Assembly: GCF_009834535.1 (NCBI RefSeq)
Contig: NC_045696.1
Span: 7,008,001-7,072,000, forward strand
Direction: 5' to 3'
Length of the DNA: 64,000 bases
From: Camelus ferus
Lineage: Eukaryota
Every line of letters begins with the position of its first letter. The first letter of the stretch is position 1. The position numbers and the translations under genes were made by a program. Under the pieces are notes generated by a model. That model was not told where the DNA came from, made no database searches, and saw nothing but the letters and a program-made list of their open reading frames with translations. Positions 63,531 through 64,000 of the stretch are shown piece after piece.

Positions 63531-64000
63531 TGTGGTTGACGGTGAAAAGGACCAAGCCCACCTGTACTATTAACAAAAGGTGGTTTATTCAGACCATAAG
63601 GGACAATCTGCTACTAACTCATTCCTTCCAGTAGAAACTCATAGAACTTTGAAGGGGCGGATTTTATAGAGTAAAAGGAGTGAAAATGAGTCCGTGATTG
63701 GTGCATGTTTTGTTATAGAGCTGTTGGAAGCAGGGACGCTTTCTGGTGGGTTTTCAAGCTCCCTGGGCAGTCTGTGATTGGTTAGCACTACCTACTGGTA
63801 CATACTGGGGGTTTCTTAGAAAGTCACCTGGGGTTTCTTCTTTCAACTGGAAGAATATCTGGTCTTCTGCTTTGAGGTCCGAGTCTTGTAAAAACAGTTC
63901 CTCAGCAGACTTCTTGGTGTAATAACGCCAAAACTGTTGGTAGGATAGAGTCAAAGATAAATATGGAGCTTGTTGGGAACTGGGAACCATTGGAGAAGAG
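63531..64000 (-). mobile_element. LTR-like element running off the window end
   Basis: On the minus strand: two CCAAT boxes (63777-63781, 63697-63701), TATAAAA (63662-63668), AATAAA (63584-63589), ending in ...CA; U3-R-U5 order. Confidence 0.65.

Noticed and set aside
63754..63990. 78-aa minus-strand ORF at the window end
   Set aside because: Falls within the U3-like part of the LTR-like element; no recognisable homology
1..64000. CRISPR arrays, operons or other prokaryotic systems
   Set aside because: The sequence is clearly mammalian (L1, L2, MIR, MaLR) and has no repeat-spacer arrays or dense coding

Overview
Mammalian (eutherian) non-coding genomic DNA, most likely an artiodactyl and plausibly a camelid. 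This is an inference from the type of L1 3' ends present and the absence of recognisable Alu, B1, Bov-A/BovB, PRE-1, CHR or Can-SINE elements. I could not recognise any protein-coding gene, RNA gene or pseudogene. The only ORFs with clear homology are L1 ORF2 C-terminal fragments; the rest look like chance ORFs in repeats or GC-rich DNA. About half the window is interspersed repeats: L2, MIR, old L1M, younger 5'-truncated L1 3' ends with target-site duplications (TSDs), MaLR/ERVL/ERV1 solo LTRs and hAT MITEs. The most notable structures are a three-level nested insertion (MER76-like LTR > second LTR > L1) at 51.5-53.1 kb, two same-family solo ERV1-type LTRs 14.5 kb apart, a strong CTCF-type motif in a CpG-rich patch at 31.2 kb, several repeat-free motif clusters that look like enhancers, and some non-B DNA motifs. 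I found no evidence of a new biological system. Repeat family names come from recalled consensus sequences, and boundaries without a TSD are approximate.
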